A stretch of DNA of 63,898 nt, filler included, from Choristocarpus tenellus KU-1152 (GCA_964200185.2; 9 parts of 9 records of this genome joined end to end with filler, not necessarily neighbours in it); one strand, 5' to 3'; positions 41,743-56,080 are shown, counted from the whole stretch's first letter. The notes: a model not told the origin generated them from the sequence alone. Made by a program: numbers and translations.

Positions 41743-43679
41743 GTGAGCAAGTTTGAACCCTAGCTCAAGGGCTGCACCATGCGGCATGCATGGGGTGGGG
41801 TATGAGCAGATGCCCTGCGTGGCACCAGTTTAGGAGGGATGAGCATGTTATTATCGGAGGTTGAGGTGGACGAGGAGGGTTGGGCTGGTTTTTGTGTGTA
41901 GGGAATGGGGGTTGTTTTGTTTGGGAGTGATGGGGGTTGTGTTTGAACAGCAGTAGTGCCTCAACTTGATGGATGCTCTTGATTGTCTCGGAGTTGAGCT
42001 CAACAAATCAGTAACTGTTTTAGATACTACTACATGATACAAGACCTCCTTTTGGTGATTGTTACCTGTGTCTGTGGAGGGGTATGAGACTGGCATAGTT
42101 TGTACATACTAGGCACAGGTGTTGGCTCCCTACTACCAAGGTGAAGAGGTTGGTCCCTAAGTTTGTGTTGCAGGAAGGACCCTATGCCTCCGCAGTTCCA
42201 AATGTGAGGCTAAGTCTAAATTGCACCAGTTCCGTGTGTGTGTGAGGTAAGGTGCTATGGCCCAGTCCGGGTCCAGATGCGATGTCACAGAAGTGCCAGA
42301 AAAAGAGTCTGGGGGTGTCAGAATGGTACTTGATATTACCTTACGGTTAAACTACCCCCCCACCCCCCACTATTTTTGCCTAAATTTCGACCAGCTTGCA
42401 CCTTGGCACAACAAAGCGATGATCACTGTATCACAACAGAGCGATGATCACTATATCCACACCAGAAAAAAAAATCAGTGACAAAAAACACCTCAATATT
42501 TGTTCAAACCATGAAGCTCTGTATACCTCTAATGCAAGATGCGATGACTCTTTGAGGGTCGGAATCCGAGCCCCGGTGGTTCTGCTTGTACAGCATACCA
42601 TAGGGTCTGCATTGTCTGTGATTTGTACCATGGGTTGGTATCAGGAGACTGCATGGGGTTACACGATCTGTAGACCCGGCAGCAGGACCACTAGAGAGTG
42701 CTGGACGCTTGCTTCTCATTGTTTTCGTATTTCTATTAATAAAAAAAATATGTATGTATACAACGGAAGGAGGCCCAGCAGTGTTCCCAGAAAGATACCG
42801 CCTTCCCCATATATTACACTTTTTTTTCTTCTTCTTACGGGGGTGTTTTCCAAAGACAAGGCTCACAGTGTTTTCCAAAGACAAGACTCACAGTGTTTTT
42901 CAAAGACAAGAATTGTTCTGAAACCCGCCGTTTGAACGCACTGGCTACGTGTACCGATCGAACAGCCTTGAAGGCGTGTGTGTTATCGGTGACGGGTGCG
43001 GTCTAAAACCGAGTTTTTTTACTCCCATCGAGACTGCGTACAGGGGGGGGGTGNNNNNNNNNNNNNNNNNNNNNNNNNNNNNNNNNNNNNNNNNNNNTTA
43101 ATTAATTAANNNNNNNNNNNNNNNNNNNNNNNNNNNNNNNNNNNNNNNNNNNNCCCCAAATGGACGCGACTCTACCCTCTAAGATACTTTGACTCAAATG
43201 GGAAAAATCCACCAGTTTGTAGAAAGAGCCGTTGCTGAGCCGTAGCTTCACTTCATGCCTGGTTAGGAGGAATATCAAATAATTGCACATTATTGTGTGC
43301 ATACCGCAATGTGATAGGATATATTGCACAGGATAAGTTCGATGACCTAGAATGCAAGAGGACCTAAGACTGCGTAATTCTCGTTTGCTTTGGCTCTATG
43401 GATATCTTTTTGTTTGATAAAAAGTAGATTTTTCCATTGGCAGAGTCAATGGCATTGTGAGGTATGTCCCAAATAGTTTTGGAATGGATGCCCATGCTTA
43501 TATGATATCCTCTAATAATAAGAAAGTCCTTGTCACCACAGTAAAGCGCTCACACCAAAATCATCTGTTCTAGTTCTCAGGTGCAAGCACAAGTTCAACT
43601 CCTGCCATTCAGGTGTAATCTGGCACCTATGACATAACCTGATGGACGTGTTTCCTGCTGTCATCTTGCCTTGCTCTGC

Positions 43680-44600
43680 TATGAACATGCGACGTACCAA
43701 CCGCAAAGGGCAGAGCCTAGTATCACGAGTTCGTTTTTAGCACTCTTGAAACGGCTTCGAGGAGAGTCACAAGCAGGAGTTTCGCATCAGAGAGTTGATG
43801 AGGGAAAAGGTAGATTGACCGATGTCTCCATTGAGTATGGGATAACAAAGAGTTAACTAGTTTGACGAGGGAAGACCATCCTCATCCTTGTCTCAATTTT
43901 CAATACAGGTATCGTTTCTGGATGAGGCCCATACGAGATGCAGAGCAGATAAGCCTGTCTATCGAGGACAACTAGTTGCGTGCAAATACCCAAACATTTG
44001 GAGTAATATCCCGACAAATGTGACTACAATGGGAAGGTGTTATGTAAGTCATTGCTGGAGCAAGGATGGCTCACGGTATTCGAAACCGAGAGCTATCGTA
44101 CCACCAAAATGCACACCTGGTGGATGGCGAGATCTTGGCTGGTGATGCTTCATACAATATCACAAAGGAAATGAGGACTGGTATCCAGGGTTGGCAATCA
44201 GGGATTCTTTCGCTATCAAGTTCATGGTCACAATATCACTCGGGTGTGTCAACTGTGGAAATTGTAATTTTGTGGGGTAAACTCCCATACCATGCGGTAT
44301 GAAGTGATGTTTGTTGCAAAATGATGCAAAGTACCTACGACCATCACCTTTATCTCACCGCAGGGCCTCATTCCCCGGCGTGTCAGGTCTCCACTATGGA
44401 CTTGTGTTGAGAGAAGAGGAGTTCCCTGCATCTCACTTTTCTCGCTGGTCAGTCGCCGATAGAGATTAAGATTATTCCGAGAAGCAAGAATTATGATACA
44501 ATTGGCACGGGCATGCACAAAACTTACTGGAGGCTGTACTCAAATACAGCAATTCTGGTATGAATCGGCATTTTTGGATTGTGAGTATGAACAGGAAGCC
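43680..44600 (+). pseudogene. Possible decayed Zisupton-like transposase fragment
   Basis: GEILAGDASYNITK...GILSLSSSWSQ resembles the first catalytic Asp region of this group; heavily disrupted. Confidence 0.25.
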
Positions 44601-45821
44601 TGGGCTTCTATGTCTCCCCCAGTAGCTGTAGGATGTGTCGTTTAATGTAGTCAGTGTTGTCAATAACGATAGCAATAGTTATATTAACGGATTACTGCAT
44701 TGATGAAGTATCAAACTTTCAACCTGAGATTTGAAGCCTATCACCGCCGGAGAGTCTACACATCAATACTACTACTTCAGTACAAAGCTGATGCCCACCT
44801 CCATCTCGGCGAACGTATCTTCACATCCTGGAAGTACTGCAAGTTACCAATGTTGTACTATCTACAGCATGGGTAGTATATAGTATGACGTTTTACAAAA
44901 CAATCGCTTTTTTTGTTTTTTATGTTCTGCCTCCACTGTTCTTGCTCTTAGTAGAAAATACGCCATATATACTCATAACAACAGTAAGATGCCTCATCCG
45001 ATTGTAAGAGCATGACGGGCGGCCCACTATGCTACCCGGAATCTTCCTTCCCAGTTTACCGAGATTTTCCTTTAGTTTAACTCTTTCCGACCTGTCTCAT
45101 TATGATTTTTTTTCCCAATATAAACAACTTTCCACCATATGGAAACCTGATTTCAAAAAAAGAAACGCTTATGATGGAGCTCGATCTCTCGAGAAATAGA
45201 CTTGAAGTGGCACCAACCACCTTCTAATATATATACAGAACCCTTAAGAATACTTGAATTATTACCATTTTGCATGCCATCATGACCATCGTCAACCCAG
45301 TTCCCAAGCGTTGGAATAGGACTACTCCACAACTCCTCTTCACCTCCTTCCTGGTAGTTGCTTGTGTTGGTGGGTGACTTGTTGTGCGTATATGTTTGGA
45401 TTCATTGGCAAACCAAGAATACAGCAATACTAGGAAACCTCTACACCAAAGTTTGAATATCTGACATCAAGTCCTGTGTCGTCCGTAGGTTCCTGGTAGG
45501 TGCGTTTGCGAGGCTGGGGTCCTTTCGATGCAAGCAATCGTTAAAAATATATATTTTTTGCCATCTGTTCTTTGCGTTGAGCGACATTCTCCGACGAGTC
45601 GACGTGGTTGCTATCTTTGCAGGTGGCGTCTCATTCTCTTATCTTCAATCTACACCTGTACATGACTATATTCGACTCCCATCCGGGTTGGCCAGAGGAA
45701 AATCGCAGTAATTTCACTTTCGTCTGTGACTAGTTCCTCGTGTCGAACAGTATACCCCTGCCAAGTCCACGTGCTCGCCATCTTTCCAGGCGGTATTCTC
45801 AACCCAGTGGTCAATCGACCC

Positions 45822-47030
45822 ATGTGCATGACTGTCAGCGGTACGAACCCGGTTGGGTCGACTGCAATTCTAACGAAACGCTGCCAGTGTGTGATCGTTG
45901 GTGCTGGGGTTGCGGGACTTTCTGCTGCAGCACGCCTGGAGGAAGCTGGAGTCGACTTTGTGCTGGTTGAGGCTGGTACGAACCAACCCCCCCCCCGAGC
46001 ATCTAGTTGAGCACCTGGGTTTTTCGTGTTGATGCGATATCCAGGTTGGTTGGTGGGTGAGGTGCATGGGTTGTATCAAGGATAGATCTACGCCTTTGAA
46101 ACAAAACCTATTACGCCGTGTTCCATACCAGCAACAAGCAAACCTCGTATTTGCTCAAACTTGAAGTTGTGGGCATCATTTCTTTGTTGCATAGTCGATA
46201 ATTCAGTTTATTGATGCATTACTGGGCCCTGTAAACAGATCGATTCGTAAGTACTGATTGCTGCTTCGCATTGACTATGTATGGTGCACCCATCTGTCCG
46301 ATTTCATCTTCCATATCAGCAGTCATCATTTGTCAACACTCTTACGATATTTTGCATACTACATATACGATTGGTTTGAGGTGTGACACTTAGAAGCACA
46401 CTTTAGGAATTTTCCCATTATTTGAACAGTTGATGTGACTCTGTCAGAAGAAGCATGGACATGTATTCCTCTTCTGCCTTGGTCCGATTTGTTAACTGCT
46501 GACAGGTTGCTTGCAACCAACTCACACTCTCTGTTGACGTTCCAAATACTTTAGACCTTTATGTGTGTTCATGATACGATACACCCCTTTTGTGCACCAG
46601 CCATTAATCCCTAATACTTTGCAAGAGACCAGACACTGACATGTACTGAACACCAAAATAAGTATTTGATTGGAGCAATGTGATCTGTATTCCAGGCATA
46701 ATGTTGTTGCAGTTATTTGACTCAACAGTTTTACCGATTGAAATCGAAGTCCTTGTTTCTACCTACAGTACTTTCCCCCTCAGTGATCCCCACCAACCCT
46801 ACACTCAAGAGTTGTTACAAAATCCCCTTGACTGCGTATTCCTAACCTGCCCTACCTCCAACTGTGTCTTTTCCAAGGTGACCGGGTTGGGGGACGCATC
46901 CACACTCACCAGCCATCAAGGGGTGCTGGAGTTGGTAGACCACTGGAGCTGGGTGCACAGTGGCTACATGGCACGAAGGGAAACCCGCTGTTTGACTGGT
47001 GTGAAGCAGAGGGTATCTTCGACTCCCCAG
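45822..47030 (+). CDS. Flavin-containing amine oxidase (polyamine oxidase-like), 5' exons (~45822-45975, 46878-47030)
   Basis: VIVGAGVAGLSAAARL...LVEA|GDRVGGRIHT...LELGAQWLHGTKGNPLF; start codon uncertain. Confidence 0.92.
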
Positions 47031-47339
47031 GTGAATTTTGGGGATTGTCTAGTGTGTTTGCGTTGTTTGAGATTAATGGTAGTGCTGTCTGACTGAGGTG
47101 ACTAATTCTGCCTTCTTATAGAGAGGACTATGTGAAAATGTACAAGGATATGCATGCTGTTGGGGATGGTTTTTTATTCTACACTTCATCGTGATTACGA
47201 AGTTTGTGAATGGTTTGTGATACAGGCCCACTGTCATGGAAAGTGGTGCAAGACATTTATTTTACTCTTTCTTACCTCTCAGGTTAAGTACTAACACAGA
47301 TTAGAGTTTTTAGATCATGTAGTATGTAAGTGCTTCTTA

Positions 47340-47920
47340 CATTATGGTCCTTTCAAGATTGGAGATTGTTGAGAAAATAAGTAGAGTACTTTCACTGGAA
47401 AGCAGACAATCAGTCTTGTTTTGACTTGAATGAGTTTCCTCCACTTCTGCCAGTTTGTGACTCTCTTTTGTCGTCCCTTGACTGGGTTTTGTGTTCTGAA
47501 CTGGTACACACCTTACGCCATATGAAATGAGCACCCCTGCTCCTCTTTATGCTTTGCTGGACACTACCAGGCATGTTGTCCCAGTTGTTGGGAACTGAAG
47601 TACAAACCTGATCGCATGTCGCCCTAGGGAACTTCACCAGCCTGTAAATGTGGATTGGTTCGATGATGGACTTGCAGTGGCAGGGGTGTGTACCTTGTCA
47701 AGGAAGTAATCTCGGACCATGATTCTTTTTTGATCATTGCCATCTCCACAGAGCGAGCACCTGTCAGATTGGACCATATTCTGATGAAAGTCCAGGGAGT
47801 ACTGCCTCTGTGCCATAAGTCTGTGCCCCGTTGTCCATAAGTTTTGAAGATGTCGATGAAATTCATTTCTGAAAGAAGATTTGGAATCCTTGACAAATTT
47901 CTGGTTAGGGCCAACTCTTT
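47340..47920 (-). mobile_element. Possible decayed non-LTR retrotransposon 3' fragment
   Basis: DRCSLCG zinc-knuckle-like remnant and Trp-rich C-terminal pieces. Confidence 0.3.
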
Positions 47921-47930
47921 TGATAATTGT

Positions 47931-48600
47931 TACTCCCCATCCATCTCAATTTTATCAGCCACAGAAAAAGTCTCCATGTCTACCTTCGGCGTGTTTTCTA
48001 GCTCACCAGATAACTGCCTCTTCCTTACCCCTGTGTGCTCCACACTGAAGTCATTCCCCCCTTTGGATCTAAGTACTTGATTGTACACCACAAAAGGAGC
48101 TGCCAATCCCTCTCAAGCGTGGTTTCATGGTCTCCTCATACTGCTTCTTAATGACCTTCCCCATCTCCTCGACGGGCCCTAACCCTAACCCCCATCACCC
48201 AGCATTTCAAAGACCTGAAGAAGCACAGGTCCATGATATTGAGGTCGGGAGAGTTAGATGGCTGTGCTACAAGCCTAATCGACCACCCCTCAGTCTTCCC
48301 TGCCCCTGGCAAGATTTCTGAGTTGCCCCTTACATTACCTTACATTACACAACATTGTGTGTGTACTTTTTATATCAATTGATATTGTAGATGGCTACAA
48401 CTGCTCCAGATGGAACAACCATGTCAGGTGATACCTCAGTAAACAAGATTCTCAATGGCTCGGCAGGCAGATAAGGGTATTTTGCGGGGCCTCAACATGT
48501 AGGAACGCCTTCTTATTAACGTGGAAACCCTGATTTATATGTTGCATCCATGTATGATACCATCCACTTCGTCAGTCCACCGACATTCACATCAACGCCA
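47931..48600 (-). pseudogene. Tc1/mariner (DD39D-like) transposase C-terminal remnant
   Basis: QPSNSPDLNIMDLCFFRSLK and VYNQVLRSKGGNDFSVEHTGVRKRQ motifs; TA-ctccccatccatctcaat TIR-like end at ~47931. Confidence 0.8.
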
Positions 48601-49507
48601 GACACGGAGGCGACAAATCAACTATGAAACTTCAACTTCAACTTGTAAGCCTTAGGGCTATGAGGTGGCAATGGGCCAGCAGTGCTTATTGCTTTCTGTT
48701 GTCGCTTTGGTGTGTGAAATGGGGTGCATTGAAAATTTCATTATTGTTAATGTTTCCAATATATTTCCGATATATTGGTCAAGGTCATCAGACAAGGCAA
48801 GAGCGTGCTAGCGGGAAGGGAAAGTTCGAAGTAACTGTCACACCTGACATCTTTGAGGTGGAATAGAAGGTTTTGTGGACCGATCATGCCCTCCACCTGA
48901 CCCTGCTGTGGAAGACCATCGAACTACTGCAACAGTTTTTTTTGTGTGTTGGAGCATATATTTCATCTCATTCAGCCCCTAGAGTGTTTTGCTACAGGTT
49001 CTGTCACCATTCATGTCGTACCTTTTAATAGTCTCATTGGTCACCTCTCTGCCCATCATCACCTTTTGACCATGACTCAAAATAAGTGTGTGCACTCCGT
49101 ACACCTTGACTGATGCTCTGTTGGAATGACCCACTTTCTGGAGGGCAGAGGGCAAGAAGGAGTTACAGGCAGGGAGGAAGTCTTTTCACTCCAGCCCTTT
49201 TGAGGCACGGCAAGCTGATGGCAAAAAGGTGACGGCTCAAAGTATCTGGGGGGCCTCCTACGACGGACCACAAGGAGGTCGAATCGGACGCGAACATGTC
49301 TGATTTGTTTGTCTCGGGCACCANNNNNNNNNNNNNNNNNNNNNNNNNNNNNNNNNNNNNNNNNNNNTTAATTAATTAANNNNNNNNNNNNNNNNNNNNN
49401 NNNNNNNNNNNNNNNNNNNNNNNAAATCATACAATTGCCAATGGCAAGCGCTCCCCAAAGCCCCCCCCCCTCCCCGAGTGTAAACTCATGTGCACCGAAA
49501 CGCCAAC

Positions 49508-52500
49508 CTGGAAACGAAACCCCGGTAGAGCAAGCAGAACGCTGTCCTCATTCCTATCCCAGCCCCCGCCAACGCCCGGCTGCCTCTTTTCTGCGTTGTC
49601 CTCCTCCTCCTCCCCATCAACGCCCGGCGCTTCGGGAGTTGAGGAGGCGGATTCAAGATGCGTGCAGAGGTTAGTCGTCTCTGACCAAAAGACCCGAGAG
49701 AGGTCTGCTTCCGTCGTAGCATTGGTCACCACATACCTGCAGACAGGTAGGTAGGTATAGGTCGAGCAGGAGGTTTTAACGTCAAAACATTCTAAGCGTG
49801 TTCAAGCATTAAAAAAAAGAAAAGAATGTAAAGAGTATACTGAAAGTATATATACTGATAGCAATAGCAATAACAATAACAATAGAAAGTGATGCGACCA
49901 CGACGACCAACACAGGGCCACAGCAGTAGAGTAGCGCTGCCGCACTCACTCACTCGTCGTCTCATCGACCAATCGAACCGGGTCTCCTCATAATAAATAA
50001 AATATAAAAACTAAGAAGGAGGGGCGGCGTTTCGGCTTCAGTACCTTTTACCGGCATGAGAGTACGTACGTAGAGTTCTTTCTCAACGCCGTCAACGTTT
50101 TATTTTATTTTATTTTAAATTGCAAAGAGAGTTGTCATTGAGCACGAGCGCCGGAGCTCACAAGAGGAGTAAATCGCTCGAATAGCTCACCGCGTGTGCA
50201 GGTCTCGCCTAAAAGAAAAAAGAAAAAAGAAACAAAAGAGAGAGAGAGAGAGAGAGAGCGGTGGGGAATTTTCTTGCAGTTCTTCTAGCTACAAAAGACG
50301 GGGACTCGGATGTGACGACTGCACGTGCACACGCATCGGATCGAGAGGAAGCAACCCTCCACATCATCCCAGGATGTTTGGTCGGGCAGTCAACCCCACA
50401 AAACTTGAGAACAACCACGCGACACCATGGATCGCAGAGCGGTTGCGCTTCTTGTGGCGGCTCACACCAGCGCAACAATACTTGGAAGGCGGTGTGCTGA
50501 AGGAATAACCCTAACCCTAAGTCCTGAGGATGGCGACTGCTATGCTTCTTACCGTCAATGGTCCAAGTGAGTGATGATGGCATCTGCCAATCGACCACTG
50601 CAACATAAGCACGCAACGGACACGGGACTACAAGACGCTGACCTGGCTAGGCTGCAAAACCCTTTCTAACACCAATAGGCTGGATTCGAAGCAGCCAAGA
50701 AAGGTGAGCGTGAGCGTTTAATGTGGAAAAAAAAAAAACCTAGGGCTACATGTGTGGTACGTGAGATAAAAGCAACGCCTTTGCAACACACCGGAAACCC
50801 TTGCTATTTTTGTGAGTTGAGCCGGCAGACTGCAAGTGCAAACCGATTATAAACACTGTAATTTTGAACCACATGGGACCTAGCCTAGGGGGGGGATCAT
50901 GGATTAGAGTTCACCCACATAGGTGGAGGCGAGAATCGATGCATGAAACGTCTGTTGATATGATAGTGGTTCCACAAACGCAGAGTATGTATGTTGCGCT
51001 ACTGGGACAAAAAATAAAATGAAAAAGAACTACGTTTACACGGATTTTGCTGTATCGTTGCTACATTGAACATCTATTCCCTACACAGCAAGGAACACAC
51101 CCACCACAGCAACGGGCACAGTCATACACAATTCCAAGGAGTCAGTCAATACCTCCGCAACTACTTTGTCCAATAAATCTCAACACTAGATCAAGAGGAG
51201 AGGATCACTCCAGTACACCACTGATACAAGTGGCTAAAATCACCCAAGGAATTCTCCTGTTCCTCTTTGGCTCACTCACTACATAACAGAGCACCACAAC
51301 ACAGTTCATCAGCAGGTGAGACAGAAAGGTTCAGCTCCCGCTGCCACAAAACCCCAAGCAAGACTCATCTGCAAAATAGTAGTGGTGAGAGTTCAAGTAA
51401 ATGGGAATAGCAGATGGTGAAAATTTGGAAGGGGGCAAAGGGGGGAGGGTAAGGGGAGGGGGCACTCTCACTTGTGTACAGTGAGTAATTTCCTGCCAAG
51501 ATTCACGAAGGTCTCCTCTTGGTCATCCACAAAATTTAGCATAGTGCGCTGTAGCCATAAAAATACCTCCCCCATAACAGAAGCCTCATCCACTTGAGGA
51601 CAATCGACATTGGAGATAGAACATCAACACATCCACCGAAATGATGAAAAGTCAAAAACATAAATGGGAGACAGACAGCAGGGTGTTAGAGGCGCCCGCC
51701 CTGGCAGACCTTGTGAGGTTGGTAAGAGGTTTGAGCAATGACAGCCAACGTCAAAGCTAACGCTCTAGAACCCTTTACATAAAAAAATCGGTACCTGTAT
51801 ATGCAGATTTAACTCATCAAGACCAATACGCGCTTTGTCACAAGATAGAGAAAATTTTGAGTATATCTGTAAGGGCTACACAGCCAACGGCGGAGCACCT
51901 GCACACAAGAGTCAGGAGCAGCACAGGAAGTGCAATGCAGTTGCTCTTCTCGCAAGGTTAGACAGTGGCATCAGATGGTCTACATTGCCGTGAGAAAGGA
52001 CACGTTCTCCTTCTGAAATAGAAGAGGGTGCCGTACATACATGGAAGGCTTTTTTGTTTATGAAAACACTCACATGTTGAGGTCTGTTCTGCAAGCACAC
52101 TGCTGGGAGAGAAAACATCTGTGGAGGCTGTGTGTGGGGGGAGGGGAGGCATGGAGGGGTAGTGTTGGGTTGCACAGGATTGTCACGTGAGAGCTGTCAG
52201 TGACAGGAAAGACAAAGAAGGGCAAGCACATCAGATAGTGGCTGTTTTGGCGTCAGGCTCTTACAAATTCCCACTCTCTCAAACGAAATAATGGCTTGGC
52301 AATGGCAACTAGTCTGCGCATCTAGTAGAGCTTGTAGCGATTGGGCTAAGCTTGCTCGACTGAACTTCTTCCTGATTGACTAAACAATATAGATGAGGTG
52401 ACACAAACTCCCACTGTTGGAGCAGATTTAGATTGAACACACAGGCTGCCATATCAGTCCTCCAGCTCAATAGTGCTCCTCATTTGCCCAAGCCTACAAC

Positions 52501-54097
52501 TCTTCCTCTTTCTCTTCCTCTATATTTTCCATTTTATCTCTTCCTCTCGGGGCACTCCCACACTTTTCATCACGACTGTTATCCACATGCATTTTTGTGA
52601 TCACCTTCGTGCCAAAGGGCTAAGTGAGGGGCCACACGATCATCTTGCTCCGATTCTGGGTGGTAGACTCTACTCGAGCACGTGGATGAAAGGGCTTGCT
52701 CCAAGTGTGTGGTGTCTTCCCCCCCCAGCGGACAATTTGGGGCGACCTGGTATCGATGCACACTGCACAGTTGAGTTTGATCTTTGTTGCTCTTTTGTGG
52801 TGTTTTGTTCATAGACTCAGACTGCAACACTGTATGCGTGCTCCTATGGTAGTACTGCCTGCCGCCACTACTGTTGACATTTTTTTTATCTTCAGGGTTA
52901 AGTTCTGTTTCATGTTTATACTGCCTGTATAAAATTCCCAGGAGTTTTTGTTTCTGACAAGTTTGGATATGATGATTGGGGGTTAGGGTTAATATTTGAC
53001 TCTTTCCTGCTGTATGTCAGTGCACGCTTGGCCAAGTACAACCATATCCTGCTGTCATACTCTTACATCAATATATTGAGATTGGTATTGTAGTCTACAT
53101 ACTGAAGGTTGGGGTTAGGGTTAGAAGGTGTATTCAGTGTGTCAAGGTTCTATATATTTAAATGCTCTAGTACTGTAGTCTATATTCTGAAGGTTGGGGT
53201 TAGGGTTAGATAGTATGTTCAGCGTGTCAAGGTTTTACTGCCGTTGCATGGAATTGAGTCTAGTAATGGAAACGCTCGCCACTGGTGCCTACTCTTGTAA
53301 AAAGGCTGCCAGAAAAGGCGACTCAACAAAATGCTTGAAGAAGGTTGAGCTAAATGCACCTTCTTTGTTTGAGGGGGAATGTTCATGGAGGTAGGGTGAT
53401 GTTGGCTGGGGATGCATGTTACTTCTGAGACGGTATGCTATCACAAGTAGTCACGCACCAGAACAACCTGCTGCCCAGTATCCTCTTCCAGGGACTCGTA
53501 GTAACGCAAAAGAACTTACGGGATCGTCAAGGGAAGGAGGAGTACAGCAGAACGCGTAAGAACATCATTGGAATTGAGAGTGACTCGTTCCGTCATAGAC
53601 ATGATAATGGCACATCTAATGAAAAACTAACGGGTGGATTCAGAGGAGTGGTTACAAAAGACCAAGCGAAAAACGAGAGTTATGGAGTGTACCAACACCA
53701 GAGCCAAGTTTACTATCTATCCGCAGGCATCGTTGTCATGTCAATCATACCAAGCTTTTTTATGTACTCCTTGTCGTATCAAGTTGCATCTTCGGCTCAT
53801 CTGTATGATACCTTCGGCGGGGGTAGCATCTACAAGTATTTTGATCCCAGCCCCTTCAATCTCGTCCACGCTTCGCCGTTGCCATGTAGCTATGTCTTGC
53901 AATAATTTGACACGCTCCTCCGGAGAACCAAATGCAGACATCAGTTCATGATATCGTGGCCTTTGCGCCGTCGCTGCCCTAGTCCATCGTGGTGCCAGGC
54001 CTCCACAATTCGGAGCCACGAACGAGTACCCGGCAGGTATACCGAGTGCCAGCAGACTAGAACCTGCACCCAAGAGAGTGCGCGTTGCACTCGGCAT
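49508..54097 (-). CDS. Plastid-targeted protein, possibly DUF1415-like, partial (exons 53812-54097, 51472-51592, 49508-49736)
   Basis: Signal peptide ending GYS-FVAP followed by an R/T/A-rich transit peptide. Three exons splice in frame (PAE|VDEASVMGEVFLWLQR...VHK|YVVTNATTEADLSRVFWSE...SVLLALPGF). The family call is tentative. Confidence 0.8.
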
Positions 54098-54498
54098 GAT
54101 GGTCTCAACAAAAAAGTCCCTCTTTGACAGCTATCTTGTGGGCGTACGTGTTGAGGCGATGATTCCACAACAACTTCCACCTTCCGTATTGATTGTCATT
54201 TATAATACTTTTTAGTAATAAACTACCCACTCACAACATAAAATTAGTGGGCAGGCGTAACGATATAAGACGGATGATATTTTCTAGGTACTTAAAAGAC
54301 TTTAGTGAGTGTGACAGATCATCACTCTCTCTAAGAATTCTGAAGGGTGTAACTTTGTCCTATTTTTCAATTCGCTAGAAAAAAGATACTGTTAACGTAG
54401 CATTGGAGGAATGAAGTCGTATTTTAGGCATAGTTGTCGGTAACTCGTAGAAAACCTTCTTCCCATTTTCAGAACGTACGACTACGATAACTCTTTTG

Positions 54499-54870
54499 AT
54501 CCTCGTAGTTATAACCTCAACACTTTCATAGTGGAAAGTTTTGGGCGGATTGGCAAGCAAGCGGAACGTTTTCTGGATGAGCTAGCTACGCACGTGGTAG
54601 GGGGGAGAGGGACAGGAGGAAAATAGCAGGAAGGGGGCTGTGAAATCCCGTCTACGACAGATAGTTTCTGTCACAATACAGGCAGCCCTATCTGGACGGG
54701 TCATGCGCTTTAAGCTGGAGACACCAGGGAGATTGGTAAGGAGGGACTTGTTAGATTCGTGGGATGCCTCCCTAGCCCCTCACCCTGGAGCACACTACTA
54801 AGCTAGGTTAGAGGTACAGGAAGGGAACGGTGTAGCATAACTGGCAGTAAAATAGCGAATAGATAATGTG
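54499..54870 (+). mobile_element. 3' remnant of an RLE-type (CRE-like) non-LTR retrotransposon; inverted copy at ~55800-56346
   Basis: FIVESFGRIGKQAERFLDELATH...LRQIVSVTIQAALS resembles the restriction-like endonuclease C-terminus. Confidence 0.65.
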
Positions 54871-55901
54871 TTTCACATTTATGACAACTGCTACCTTTTG
54901 GGGGTTTATTCTGAGATATGTTTCCCTTTTGTTAATTTTTCACTGACACCAGAAAATGTCAAAGAAGGCAAAATAAATATGTGGAAAGTTTCTTTATTTT
55001 GGTGTATGATACTATAATATAATTGACATATTACAAACATTGAACTGACTACCCACCACTCCAATTGGTCCTGTGTGGGAGGACATCATTTTACAGAGTA
55101 GTGGGGTACATCTTCATTTTTTGGAATTATACTATAATAGTGTATTTAGGATTGGTGGTACTCAAATAGTAAATAGATTTTAGAGATATTCTGATAGCGC
55201 GAACATGACTTGCTACGACAAATTGACAAATATGTCTATAATACGACTTCATCCCTCCATTTCTTTGTATACATATTTTTGCAAGTGCACACAATTCGTC
55301 ACCATTTCTAATAACGCCTCCAAACACGTCCTTTCTAGATTTCTCAGCAAACATGACAACTGCCACACTCCCTAGAATGATCATGTTTTAGAGTACATGG
55401 AAAATTGGTTCCAAAACTGATCATTACACCTACAAGCTAATTTCGTGTTCTGGATTCTGAGTGGTGATTAACAGTATATTGTGCTTCTAGCAGTAGTGGC
55501 ACTAGTAGTAGCAGTAGTAGCAGCAGCAGCAGCAGAAGAAGAAGAAGTAGTAGTAGCAATTTGTCAACAGTATTCGAATTTAGTAGTTGTTGGTCAAATT
55601 GGATAAAAGATACAATGATTAAATTATATTAGGTGAAATCTGATGAATGCAAAGTATGTAAGGTGGTAAGAGTATTTTATTATTATGCACTCGGAAATAT
55701 TGGAGATGTGTCAGGGAAAAACCAATGAAAACCATCCAAATGTCAGAAATGTTCTAAGAAAGTAACAGTTGTCGTAAATGTAAAATATATCTTCCTATCA
55801 TCTATTTACTATTTTACTATCAGCTATGCTACACCGCTGCCCTCCTGTGCTTCCAACCTAGCTTAATTCTGCACCCCAGGGTGAGGAGCTAGGGAAGCAC
55901 C

Positions 55902-56080
55902 GGGCCAAAGTATCTGGGGGAGGGGGGGGTCTACACCAGGGGGTCCATTTGGGTCAAAATCAGGAAAAGTGGATTTACGTTATCCATCTAACGTATGCAA
56001 CCAAATCGCCCAAAAATCGCGTCATGAAAAAATTGATCCCAAACGGACAGCCGCCACCCCCCCCCCAGATACTTTGAGCC
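55902..56080. mobile_element. MITE family A inserted in the RLE remnant
   Basis: acc/acc TSD; empty site matches the uninterrupted homolog at ~54755-54790. Confidence 0.9.

Noticed and set aside
41020-42910. Short local duplications (41021/41133; 25-bp units at 42842-42910)
   Set aside because: Ordinary slippage-type duplications in introns or flanks.
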